From assembly GCA_963755125.1 (NCBI GenBank), contig CAVWIP010000018.1, positions 160,001-224,000 on the forward strand: a stretch of DNA of 64,000 bases, in the 5' to 3' direction. This DNA is from an uncultured delta proteobacterium (GTDB lineage: Bacteria > Myxococcota_A > Polyangia > Fen-1088). Made by a program: the position numbers and the translations under genes. The notes beneath the pieces are model-generated. The model saw nothing but the letters and a program-made list of their open reading frames with translations. It was not told the origin of the DNA and did not search any database. Positions 26,174 through 35,185 of the stretch are shown piece by piece (position 1 is the first letter of the stretch; every line of letters starts with the position of its first letter).

Positions 26174-27091
26174 CTAGTAGTCTGGACAGTAGCCATACTC
26201 AATGCTCCACGTCGTCAAGCAGGTTCGACCGCCGGTAGGACAGGGATTGGCGTCGTTGCAGACGCGGTGGCAGAAGCCATTTACGCAGGTGTTCGCCGTC
26301 ATGCAGTCGTGTGGGGAGGAGCAGAAAGAGCCATTCTGACCGCCCCCGTAGCTGAACTCACAAACCGTACGGCTATGGTTTGTTATCGGGTCAGGGGAAG
26401 CCAGCAGGCAAAACTGGTTGGAGGCACAGGGGCTAGTGCCCGGGGCGGCGAAGGGATCGCAGCATTGCGAATTTGGGCCGCACTCATCGTAGGGAGGATC
26501 GCAGACATAGACCTGAGGACCTTGCGGGAAGAGGTAGCGCTGGCCACAGTCCACCGCCCCGATGCAGTCTGCCGTGCTGGTGCAAAGGCTGAAGCAGTAC
26601 CAAGAGTTGGTCCCGCTGATGGGCTGGAGGCAGATGCTCCCTGGGACGCAGTTGTCGTTCTGAGACGCAGAGCCAGAGGAATTCACTCCGCAGGGCTGAA
26701 AGACAGTCTGTTTTCCCGTGGCGGCGCATGTCGGCTGCGCCGTCGCGCCCGCGAGTGCATAGGTGCATTTCTGGTTGCACCAATTGCAGGCACCCGTCTG
26801 GCAGACCGGATCGCAGATTCCCGCCGTGCTCGCAGAGCAGGCCAAGGGGGTCGCGGGACAAGTCAGTGTCACATCTGGCCCAGGCCCGGAGTCCACAGCG
26901 GCCCCGGAATCCCCGGCACCCGCGCCGCCGTCAACAGTCCCTGAGTCCCCGGCGCCCCCAGAAATCCCGGAACCCCCCGCGCCCCCAGCGCCACCCGGGA
27001 CTGGGACAAAACTCGCCTTGGTGCAAGCAGCGCTCGACGCCAGCAGGACGGCAAGCCAGCTCGACAGCAGGTCTCTCGGGAGATTTCTCAT
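26174..27091 (-). CDS. Cys-rich lipoprotein with Gly/Asp linker
   Basis: SSAAC lipobox, GGAGG...DGG linker, CDPVCQTGAC and many further Cys; upstream of and co-oriented with the giant Cys-rich gene. Confidence 0.85.
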   Translation of the reverse strand: MRNLPRDLLSSWLAVLLASSAACTKASFVPVPGGAGGAGGSGISGGAGDSGTVDGGAGAGDSGAAVDSGPGPDVTLTCPATPLACSASTAGICDPVCQTGACNWCNQKCTYALAGATAQPTCAATGKQTVFQPCGVNSSGSASQNDNCVPGSICLQPISGTNSWYCFSLCTSTADCIGAVDCGQRYLFPQGPQVYVCDPPYDECGPNSQCCDPFAAPGTSPCASNQFCLLASPDPITNHSRTVCEFSYGGGQNGSFCSSPHDCMTANTCVNGFCHRVCNDANPCPTGGRTCLTTWSIEYGYCPDY

Positions 27092-27409
27092 GAGTTGGTC
27101 GTCAGGTGGAAAGTCAGTCTAGCGGGAACGAGTTTTCCAGGCGAGCGACTATTTGATGCCCGACCGGAGCCATCCCGCACACGCGAACCGGTTATTGCCC
27201 AATCCATAGCGCGTTGCAATGGCTTCTCGGGCACGCAGGTCGACCTCTGACCCGAGCGCCCTCAGGCAGCCGAGGCTCGACAGCGCGCAGAGCCTACTCG
27301 CGCCTGCGGCGTCGAATGGCTGCAATTCCCAGCAAGGCCAACATCCACGCGGACGCCGAACGCGATTCAAACCAGCGACAATCGCTCGCTGGCATGCGGC
27401 CGAGACCCC

Positions 27410-30052
27410 TCAGTCCTTCTTGACGCCGTGGTGCTGCATCTGTGCCAACTCGATCAGCTCGTTCTTCAGCCGCCTGGTTTCGCGGGTTGCCTCGTCGACG
27501 CCACGCCAAGAGTACCACTCCGCCTGGTTTTCCGCGATCGACTCGATGGCCTCGTAGTCCACGTCGGGATGGATCTCCAGCAGGTAGGCGCGGCGGCTGG
27601 CTTCGACCGATACGACTTCGTAGGCCTTGGTGGCGCGCGCCAGGATCTTGGCCGCCGCCGCGGGCGCCGCCTGCTCGCCCCGGCCGCCCGGGCCCAGCAT
27701 CTCCTGCAGGGAGCGATAGGCGCGATCGATGTCGGCGCGCGGAACGCTCCAGTGCACCCCCAGCGCATCGAAGTGATCGACCCGATCCATCTTGGCGGCA
27801 CGCGCGTTCAGCCGATCGGCCAGCGTCTCGCCGCCCACGTGCTCGGCCGGCAGCCATTCCAAGGCGCCAAAGATGTGCAGGATGAACAGGATCTGGACCG
27901 CGGTGTCCTTGCCGATGCCGCCGCGGGAAAAGATGTCCGCGGCGGAGGTGACCCCATCCATGACGTGCTCGACGAAACGGAGTTCGCGCGGTGACAGTCC
28001 CATCAACGGGATGAGGGGCGAGCGGCTCTGCACCACGTGCGGCGCATCGTTCAGATGAGGTTCGATGACCTTCATGACATCGGCCAAGTTGAACGAGCGC
28101 AGCGCTGAGCGGATGCCATGGACGATCACGCTGACCGCCGGGATCCGCTTGACGTTCTGATGCACGGGCGCTTCACCCGTGAGCTTGTATTGGCCTTCCG
28201 GCCACTCGAAGCTGCGGCGAAGCTGCTCCATCTCGAGCGGGCTGCCGCCCACACCGCCGCGAAGCACGGCGATGCTGGTGCGGGCGGATTTGTAGGTCAG
28301 CTTGAGGGTTCCGTTCAGATGCCGGCGCCGGCCGATGGCCAGCAAGAGCACCGGGATGGACAGGGGCGGTTGCAGGCGCAGCGACCCGCCCAACGACAGC
28401 GCCGCCAGATCGCGGGCCGTGCGCGGGTTCTTGAAGACGCCCTCCGAGGGCAAGGTGGCCTCGTGTCCCGCCGCGGGTGCCATCGGACGCTCAGGCTCCA
28501 GCACGGGCGGCGTGTCGGAGCAACTCACCGGCGGAGACGGGGCCGACGGGACGCTCGCGGGCTGGGGCGAATAGTGAGGCGGGTCCAGAAGATCGTGCGC
28601 CGACGGCGGCCCCTGGTGCAGAAAGGGCTCGGACGGGGCAGTGGCGGTGCCGGCAAGATCGGGCGGGGGCGTGATGATCGGCGCCTCGTGCACCGGGTCC
28701 GAACCGCCCGCGGGCGTGGGCCGCAGGTCAGGCGAGAATTCGACCTCGGCCGGGGCCACCGCGGAATTCGGAGCGGTGGGCTGGTCGTTGACCCTCTCGG
28801 GCGCAGCCTCAGCCTCGTCTGCGGCAGCCGGGTTCTCGACCAAGAGGTCAGGCGGTTCGGCTGCGGGGAAAGGTGACGTGAGAATCAGGTCAGGGGTAGG
28901 GGTGAAGAAGGGAGCCGGCATGGGCTGGCCCCAGCCCGCGCCCGCCGCCACGTCGCTCGGCGGTTGAAGCGAATCGAGGATCTCGAGGCGAATCTCACCC
29001 GTGGCCGCCGCAGCAAGTAAGGCCGCCCCGCGCGCCACGGTGCCCTCCGTGTCGCCGCCCTTGTGCGGCTCGCGGCCGAACAGCTTCGCCACCTGCACGC
29101 GCACGTCCGGCATACGCGCCAGGCCGCCCACCAGGATCAGTTCCGTCACCTGTGCCAACTCGATCCCCGCCTGGCCCGCTGCCTCCCGGCACACGGTTTC
29201 CAGGGCATCGCACAACGGCCGCGCCAAGCTCTCCACCAGCGGACGATCGACGCGGGTCGCCAGCGTGCTCGATACCCCGATGAAGGGCGCCAAGAAAGGC
29301 ATGCTGACATCCACCGTCGTCAGGCTGGAGAGGTTGATGCGCGCGTTCTCGCACTGCTCGCGCAACAACCCGTAGCAGACGCGGTCCTTCAGGATCTGGC
29401 GTTCGCGGTCGGGGGCAACTTTGTGGGCTATGGCGCGAACCAGTTGGCCGTCCAGCCAGCTACCGCCGATGGTCGCGTCCACGCTGCGGCCCAAAGCCGT
29501 CACCTGGCCGGGCGCCAGCGAGACGATGGCGGCCTCCAGCTTCCAAGCGCCCGCGTCCACCACCGCGACCGTGCCGGTGAGCGAACGCTCGATCATGTGC
29601 GCCGCCGCGGCCAGGGTGGTCGAAACCTCGGTGCCCAGTGGCTTGACGCCGGCTCGATTGGCCGCCTGGTCAAGGGCCTGGCGCGCCTCGGGACTGGCCC
29701 ACGCCGCCCGTGACAACACCACACCTTCGATCTCGGCGCCCAGGGCTGCGTGCCCCGCGCACAGGGCTTCCTTGAGCAGCCACGAAACCAGTTCCTCGGG
29801 CTGGTAACTCGCCTCGCCCAGCCTGACCACGCCGCCGCCCAGATGGCGGGCGGGTCCGAAGAGCACCTCCTTGGGCGACACCAACAGGTGGGCGCGGGCT
29901 GCCGATCCGACCAATGGCCGGCCCCGGCCCCAGGCCACCACCGACGGCATGTGGGCCTGCCCATCCGCGGCAGCCACGGCCACGGCGCGCCCCCGCTGCA
30001 CGCGCGCGACGTGTAGCCGAGCACTCCCTACGTCCACTCCGAGGACTGGCAC
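27410..30052 (-). CDS. Hsp70/DnaK nucleotide-binding-domain-like protein fused to a Pro-rich linker and a C-terminal J-like domain
   Basis: GVDVGS, MPSVVAW, IGGSWLD, LREQCENARINLS, LVGGLARMP, VARGAAL; no substrate-binding domain; C-terminal DHFDALGVHW...IDRAY...AYEVV...RRAY is J-domain-like. Confidence 0.8.
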   Translation of the reverse strand: MPVLGVDVGSARLHVARVQRGRAVAVAAADGQAHMPSVVAWGRGRPLVGSAARAHLLVSPKEVLFGPARHLGGGVVRLGEASYQPEELVSWLLKEALCAGHAALGAEIEGVVLSRAAWASPEARQALDQAANRAGVKPLGTEVSTTLAAAAHMIERSLTGTVAVVDAGAWKLEAAIVSLAPGQVTALGRSVDATIGGSWLDGQLVRAIAHKVAPDRERQILKDRVCYGLLREQCENARINLSSLTTVDVSMPFLAPFIGVSSTLATRVDRPLVESLARPLCDALETVCREAAGQAGIELAQVTELILVGGLARMPDVRVQVAKLFGREPHKGGDTEGTVARGAALLAAAATGEIRLEILDSLQPPSDVAAGAGWGQPMPAPFFTPTPDLILTSPFPAAEPPDLLVENPAAADEAEAAPERVNDQPTAPNSAVAPAEVEFSPDLRPTPAGGSDPVHEAPIITPPPDLAGTATAPSEPFLHQGPPSAHDLLDPPHYSPQPASVPSAPSPPVSCSDTPPVLEPERPMAPAAGHEATLPSEGVFKNPRTARDLAALSLGGSLRLQPPLSIPVLLLAIGRRRHLNGTLKLTYKSARTSIAVLRGGVGGSPLEMEQLRRSFEWPEGQYKLTGEAPVHQNVKRIPAVSVIVHGIRSALRSFNLADVMKVIEPHLNDAPHVVQSRSPLIPLMGLSPRELRFVEHVMDGVTSAADIFSRGGIGKDTAVQILFILHIFGALEWLPAEHVGGETLADRLNARAAKMDRVDHFDALGVHWSVPRADIDRAYRSLQEMLGPGGRGEQAAPAAAAKILARATKAYEVVSVEASRRAYLLEIHPDVDYEAIESIAENQAEWYSWRGVDEATRETRRLKNELIELAQMQHHGVKKD

Positions 30053-30312
30053 GGTCTCACACTGGCCCTTTCACTTCCATCCTAACAGAACCGGAAACCC
30101 GCACAAGCGCGCGAGGAACCAGCTCTCGCTCGGGAAGCACGCTCGCTCTGACTTTGCGCCGTCGGCACCCAACGGCCAGTGCCTGTCGCGGTTCACCTGG
30201 TTGAGGAACCAAGACCTTGACCCCAGCAGGATGAATGGCCAGATTAGCAAAGCGTCCACGACCCGTTCTCAGCAACTCAAGCGACTGGCGATCTGTCCTT
30301 TCAACAGAAGCG

Positions 30313-31650
30313 ATGTCAAACCGTGTCGGTCCGTTCGATCGCTTTCGCAGCCGGTGGGCAGCAAACCATTTTGTCTTGCTCGCGGCCGCCGCATCAGTCT
30401 TGACGACCACGTGCGTGGGGAACGCGAGCAGCCAGAAGCAGGTGACGCCACCGCAAGAGATCCTGCCGGTCCTGGTCACGCTCGGGAACCAGCATCAGAT
30501 CATCGCGGGGTTCGGCGCCTCCAGCGCATGGACCACGCCTTCCCTCACCGATGCCGAGGCCGATGAGTTCTTTTCGCCTGACACGGGCATCGGGCTTTCC
30601 CTGCTGCGCGTGCGCATCGCTCCCGACGGAACCACCGATGAACTTGCGACCGCTCAGAGCGCAGTGGCCCGCGGCGTGTCGGTGTGGGCAACGCCCTGGT
30701 CGCCACCGGCAGAGTGGAAAAGCAACGACTCCACCACCAACGGCGGTTACTTGATTCCCGACTACGCGCAGGCTTGGGCCAACCAGCTCGCGGCTTTTGC
30801 AACGCAGATGGCGAGTGCCGGGGTTCCGCTTCTCGCCCTGTCCGCGCAGAACGAGCCGGGTTATGTGGCCAATTGGGAGACCTGTCTCTATTCGCCGACT
30901 CAACTGGTTGGGTTCATACGCGACAACCTCGGCCCTGCCTTGACGGCACAAGGTTTGACCATCCCCATCCTTGCGCCTGAGACGCAGAATTGGAACAGCT
31001 TCGCGAGCTATGCCGATCCCATTGTCGCCGATACACAATGCGCGGCGTATGTCGGCATCCTGGCGACACACGACTACGGCGGGACTCCCTTCCTATATGC
31101 GTCTGCCTCGGCCGTGGGCAAGCAAGTGTGGGAAACCGAAGTCTACGATGGCACCGCGGGCAGCGATCCCGGTATCGACTCGGGCTTGCGGGTGGCAAAG
31201 ATGATCCACGATCATCTGGTCATCGCCGAGGTGAACGCCTGGCACTACTGGTGGCTCAAACCGAACGCGGACACTGCGCCCGACAACTCGGCACTCACTA
31301 CCATTGATGGGCAGGTCACGGGACGCGCCTATGCCCTTGGCAACTGGAGCCGCTTCGTGCGTCCAGGATTCGTCCGCGTGGACGCGACCGCGAGTCCGCA
31401 GGACTACGTCTACGTCACAGCCTTCGCCGATCCGGTCAGCGGACGCGTGGTCATCGTCGCCATCAACTTGAACAGCACGGGCGTAGAGCAGGTCTTCTCG
31501 ATTCCCGGCAGCCTGCTGGCCGCCATGACTCCCTGGATCACTTCCGCGGATCTCGCGCTGACATCCGCAGATCCCGTGGCGCTCGCCGATGCAGGATTCA
31601 CCTTCACACTACCCGGCCGCAGCGTCACCACTTTCGTCGGGGATCCATAG
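30313..31650 (+). CDS. GH30 glycoside hydrolase (xylanase-like), secreted or lipoprotein
   Basis: GFGASSAW, GLSLLRVRI, ATPWSPPAEWKSN, SAQNEP (acid/base), WETE (nucleophile), AWHYWW, SRFVRPG. Confidence 0.9.
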   Translation: MSNRVGPFDRFRSRWAANHFVLLAAAASVLTTTCVGNASSQKQVTPPQEILPVLVTLGNQHQIIAGFGASSAWTTPSLTDAEADEFFSPDTGIGLSLLRVRIAPDGTTDELATAQSAVARGVSVWATPWSPPAEWKSNDSTTNGGYLIPDYAQAWANQLAAFATQMASAGVPLLALSAQNEPGYVANWETCLYSPTQLVGFIRDNLGPALTAQGLTIPILAPETQNWNSFASYADPIVADTQCAAYVGILATHDYGGTPFLYASASAVGKQVWETEVYDGTAGSDPGIDSGLRVAKMIHDHLVIAEVNAWHYWWLKPNADTAPDNSALTTIDGQVTGRAYALGNWSRFVRPGFVRVDATASPQDYVYVTAFADPVSGRVVIVAINLNSTGVEQVFSIPGSLLAAMTPWITSADLALTSADPVALADAGFTFTLPGRSVTTFVGDP

Positions 31651-31726
31651 CGACACCGATGCAAAAGCTCCCGCGGCCGCACTGGTTGGCCCATGCGACC
31701 GCCGGCCCGGCCGGCTGGCCCGTATT

Positions 31727-34700
31727 CTACTTCTTCTCTGCAGCCGGCTCGCAGCTCTTCACTTCGACCGTGCGGCTGCCTCGTGGTCCGTAGCGCTTGA
31801 CCACTCCCAGCTCAGGCCAGAGCGAGCTTCTGCGCAGGACCGCCAGTACCGGCGCCTCCAGGCTATCGGCGTCAGTCCCATAGACTCCGAGATCTGGTCG
31901 TCGGTCAAATGCGCATTCCTTGCCCAGATGCACGCGGGGGTTTCCTTCCAGCACGGCGCCTGCCAGTTGCATCTCGAACCCTGCAAGGTCCGGCTCCTTG
32001 CTGCCAGCCACCGCGTGTTTGCTGCGCGGCTGGCAGGCCCGGATGACGACGGCTTGATCCGAAAAGCGACCTTCGAACGACCCAGGCGCTTCCCATGGCT
32101 CAGGCTTGGTCGGCATTGGGGGCAAGCGCTGGAACCAGTTGGACGGCACGTCCAGCATCACCGCCCCGCGCCCCGCCAGTCCCAGGGCGAGCCGGCCGTC
32201 CGGCGCCTCGGCCATGGCCACCACGTCCGCCTCGGTGAGGGCCGGGACCGCTGGGTGAAGCGGCCTTGCCAGACCCTCGTTTTCAAGCAACCAGAGCCCG
32301 CGCCCCGCCAGCCACACGCGCTTCGATCGATCGCGCATGATGATGCCCACCTCGTTGTCGAGGCCGCTGGGGTGAAGCGCCTGGCAGTTGCCCCAGCGCA
32401 GGTCGTACAGGCACAGCCCCTGGTTGCTGGCGATCAGCAACCGGCCCTTGCTCCAGGCCAGCGCGTCGCGGATCTGCACGCGGTCGCCGTCGATGGTGAC
32501 CGGGACATCTTCGATGAGCGGGACGCCCCCTGCCTCGTTGAGATCAAGACGGGCCATGGTCCAGGAAAAGGCGGCGAACGGCAAGCCGATCCAAGGCGGG
32601 CCAACACCCGCAACAAAACGCAGGGGCTCGCCCACCGCTGACTTGACCGAGAGGATGCGCAGGCCCCCTCGCATGTCGAACGCGCTCTCCCCTGCCGCCA
32701 GGGTGCCGTGGCTGGAGGAGGGCAGGCTCATCACCATGCGCCACTTTCCGTCCGAGAAGTTCCACAAGCCCTGGTTGTCGACATTCCACAGCTGCCGGTC
32801 AGGGGTGGCAAAGGTGTCGTCGGGTTCAAGCGCGAGATCGTCCTGGCCCATGACCTGGAAGTTGCCGCCCTTCCACTGCCCGGTGACGAAGGTGTCCTTC
32901 AGTCCGTGCATGTGGCCGATGTAGTACCGGCGCGGCCCGGCCTTGGCCACGATAATGTTGGTCTTGTCGTCGAGCGGAATGCTGACCAGGGCCGCCCAGA
33001 TGCGGTCCTCGCCCTCGTTGCGTGCCACGCCCATCAGGTCGCGCGGCGGCGCCACGGTCTCGGGCACGGCCCGCCAGGCGCCGCCCGAATAGAGCACGGG
33101 GCCGCCGTGGCCGTAGAAGGCCAAGCCGTCACCCATGCGCACGATCTCGGTGGGGAACGAGACAGAATCCTCTCCCTCGAGCAGGTGTCGATGCATGCTG
33201 TCGGCGCTGATTTCTAAGAAACCCCCGCTCGCCAGGGTCAGGATGACCCGCTCGCCGTCGAGATGGGCCCTGCCCACAGTGCGCAGGTCTGCGCGGGCGC
33301 CACGCTGGAGCCTGAAGCCCACGGGTCCCATGCCGTTCCATTGCTTAAACTTGCTGTCGACCTCGGCCACGTCCTGGGCTGACACCACGATGGCGCCTGC
33401 CCGGCCCGCGTCCAGGATCTGCGTGATACGCGCATCCGGCGCGCCCGACGGCAGCCTTGTGCGGTCACTGCCCGCGGACCAGAGCGTGACGGCTTTTCCA
33501 CCGGTATCGACCCTGACGATGAAACTCAAGGGGCCCTCGGGCCGGGTGGTGCCGCCAAAGGCCCATACCTGTCCGTCGGCAAGCTCGCTTATGCCCTGCA
33601 GCCCGGCCCAGCCGTTCTTGGTCGGGATCTCCTTCATGATCCCGGCCCCCAGATCGATGACGTGCAACTTTGCTCCGCGGTCTTCGCCATCGCTGACCAC
33701 CCACACGCGGTCCTTGCTGTCGAGAAAGAATCTCGTCGGCGCGTCGAGGGGATACTCGCGCTCGTTGCTCAGATCCTTGAGCTTGTGCGCGAATCCGGTT
33801 CCCGCACCCGACCCCAGGGAAACGCGGCTAGGATTGCTGGTGGCCACCAGCAAACCGGCACCTGCTTTCCGGCGGCCGATCCATTCCGGCCGCCCGGCAA
33901 CCTCACCGACCTGAGTCAGGGAAAGGTCGGCCACATTGACACGCACGATCACCCCGTTGGACAGACCTGCGTGGATGCTCTTTTCGTCGCCGGGGCCGAT
34001 GCAAACGAAGCTCCGCGGCGTCTGCCGGTCGCCGAGCGGGCTGAAGCTACCGCGATCGAATACGATCAGGTTTCCAGCGCGGCCCAGGGCGACCAGACGA
34101 TCGCCCACCAGCAGACTGTCAAGCAAGGCGTTCCGGTCGACATGAACCTCAACCCCGAGCGTCCTGCTACCCGGCTTGCGTGCCACCACGCCCGGGGCTG
34201 CCCCGACAGCCTCCTGCCGCCCCGATTCGACGAACTGGGAAACCATCAGAAACGCGCCGACAGCCAAGACCAGCGCGCCCCCTCCCAGTGCCGCCAGCAA
34301 CGCCACGCGGAGCCGCGATCGGACCGGGCCGGGCGATTGTCCCAAATCGGGAAGAGTCGCAGGGCCGCTGGCCTCCGTAATCGGTGACGCCGACACGGTC
34401 GCCGCACGCCCTCGGTCTCCGCCCAGGACTCCTTCCGGCGACGGAGATCGCGCGGTCGTGCCCGGAGACGGAGTACCGACGCCTGGGCGAGGAGCTGCGG
34501 CCTGCGCAGGTCTCGCCGGGGCCGCAGGAGTAGCAAGGGATGTTCGCGCCGACGATGCAGGGGTCAGAATGCCTCCAGCGCGGGGGCTGGGTTCCCCCCC
34601 GGAAGTCGGCGGCTTGCGGGATGCAGGGGGAACGGGCGTGGCCAGCCTAGGGGCTGGTGGCGTCGCTACCGGCGGCGAGTTGGCCGCGCCTCCCGGTCCC

Positions 34701-35104
34701 GCAAATTCGGCAGGCTCAGGCAGCTTCAGCGCCGCAGCCAGCGCCCGCACAGCAGCCGAGGCCGCTGGAGAAACCGGCGGTGGCGGTGCCGGCGACGAGC
34801 TGGCCGCGCCTCCCGGTCCCGCAGACTCGGCAGGCTCAGGCAGCTTCAGCGCCGCAGCCAGCGCCCGCACAGCAGCCGAGGCCGCCACCGTGGAACGCGG
34901 GACGGGCGTCTGCGCGGAGGTGGCGCCGTCTCCGGGCTGCGCAGGCTTTCCGGCCGGGGCTGCGGGCGAAGCAAACCCGGTGGCTGGCAAACCGACGCGC
35001 GTACCCGGCAAAGGCGTCCGGACAGGCGAAGAGCCCGGCGTGGGCACACTCGATCCAGCTTGGCCGCCATCCTGGGGTGGCTTCGGGGGGGGTTCGGGTG
35101 ACAT
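31727..35104 (-). CDS. Large single-pass membrane protein: Pro/Ala-rich N-terminus, TM helix, probable beta-propeller ectodomain
   Basis: About 260-aa low-complexity N-terminus, hydrophobic VALLAALGGGALVLAVGAFLMV, repeated propeller-like strands (FLDSKDRVWV, ELADGQVWAFGG, RDRSKRVWLAGRGL, EAPDGRLAL). Confidence 0.7.
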   Translation of the reverse strand: MSPEPPPKPPQDGGQAGSSVPTPGSSPVRTPLPGTRVGLPATGFASPAAPAGKPAQPGDGATSAQTPVPRSTVAASAAVRALAAALKLPEPAESAGPGGAASSSPAPPPPVSPAASAAVRALAAALKLPEPAEFAGPGGAANSPPVATPPAPRLATPVPPASRKPPTSGGEPSPRAGGILTPASSARTSLATPAAPARPAQAAAPRPGVGTPSPGTTARSPSPEGVLGGDRGRAATVSASPITEASGPATLPDLGQSPGPVRSRLRVALLAALGGGALVLAVGAFLMVSQFVESGRQEAVGAAPGVVARKPGSRTLGVEVHVDRNALLDSLLVGDRLVALGRAGNLIVFDRGSFSPLGDRQTPRSFVCIGPGDEKSIHAGLSNGVIVRVNVADLSLTQVGEVAGRPEWIGRRKAGAGLLVATSNPSRVSLGSGAGTGFAHKLKDLSNEREYPLDAPTRFFLDSKDRVWVVSDGEDRGAKLHVIDLGAGIMKEIPTKNGWAGLQGISELADGQVWAFGGTTRPEGPLSFIVRVDTGGKAVTLWSAGSDRTRLPSGAPDARITQILDAGRAGAIVVSAQDVAEVDSKFKQWNGMGPVGFRLQRGARADLRTVGRAHLDGERVILTLASGGFLEISADSMHRHLLEGEDSVSFPTEIVRMGDGLAFYGHGGPVLYSGGAWRAVPETVAPPRDLMGVARNEGEDRIWAALVSIPLDDKTNIIVAKAGPRRYYIGHMHGLKDTFVTGQWKGGNFQVMGQDDLALEPDDTFATPDRQLWNVDNQGLWNFSDGKWRMVMSLPSSSHGTLAAGESAFDMRGGLRILSVKSAVGEPLRFVAGVGPPWIGLPFAAFSWTMARLDLNEAGGVPLIEDVPVTIDGDRVQIRDALAWSKGRLLIASNQGLCLYDLRWGNCQALHPSGLDNEVGIIMRDRSKRVWLAGRGLWLLENEGLARPLHPAVPALTEADVVAMAEAPDGRLALGLAGRGAVMLDVPSNWFQRLPPMPTKPEPWEAPGSFEGRFSDQAVVIRACQPRSKHAVAGSKEPDLAGFEMQLAGAVLEGNPRVHLGKECAFDRRPDLGVYGTDADSLEAPVLAVLRRSSLWPELGVVKRYGPRGSRTVEVKSCEPAAEKK
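34681..34885. repeat. About 85-bp near-perfect direct repeat (120-bp period) within the Pro-rich N-terminus
   Basis: AASAAVRALAAALKLPEPAE(S/F)AGPGGAA encoded twice, near 34681 and 34801. Confidence 0.85.
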
Positions 35105-35185
35105 TCTGCAGAAGACTAGGATACACGAGGACCCTGGCGTGCGATACGCACACGCTTTTTCGCGACCCACTCCTCCTCGCGCGAA

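Noticed and set aside
27410..30052. Housekeeping dnaK
   Set aside because: No substrate-binding domain, degenerate ATP motifs, no grpE/dnaJ context.
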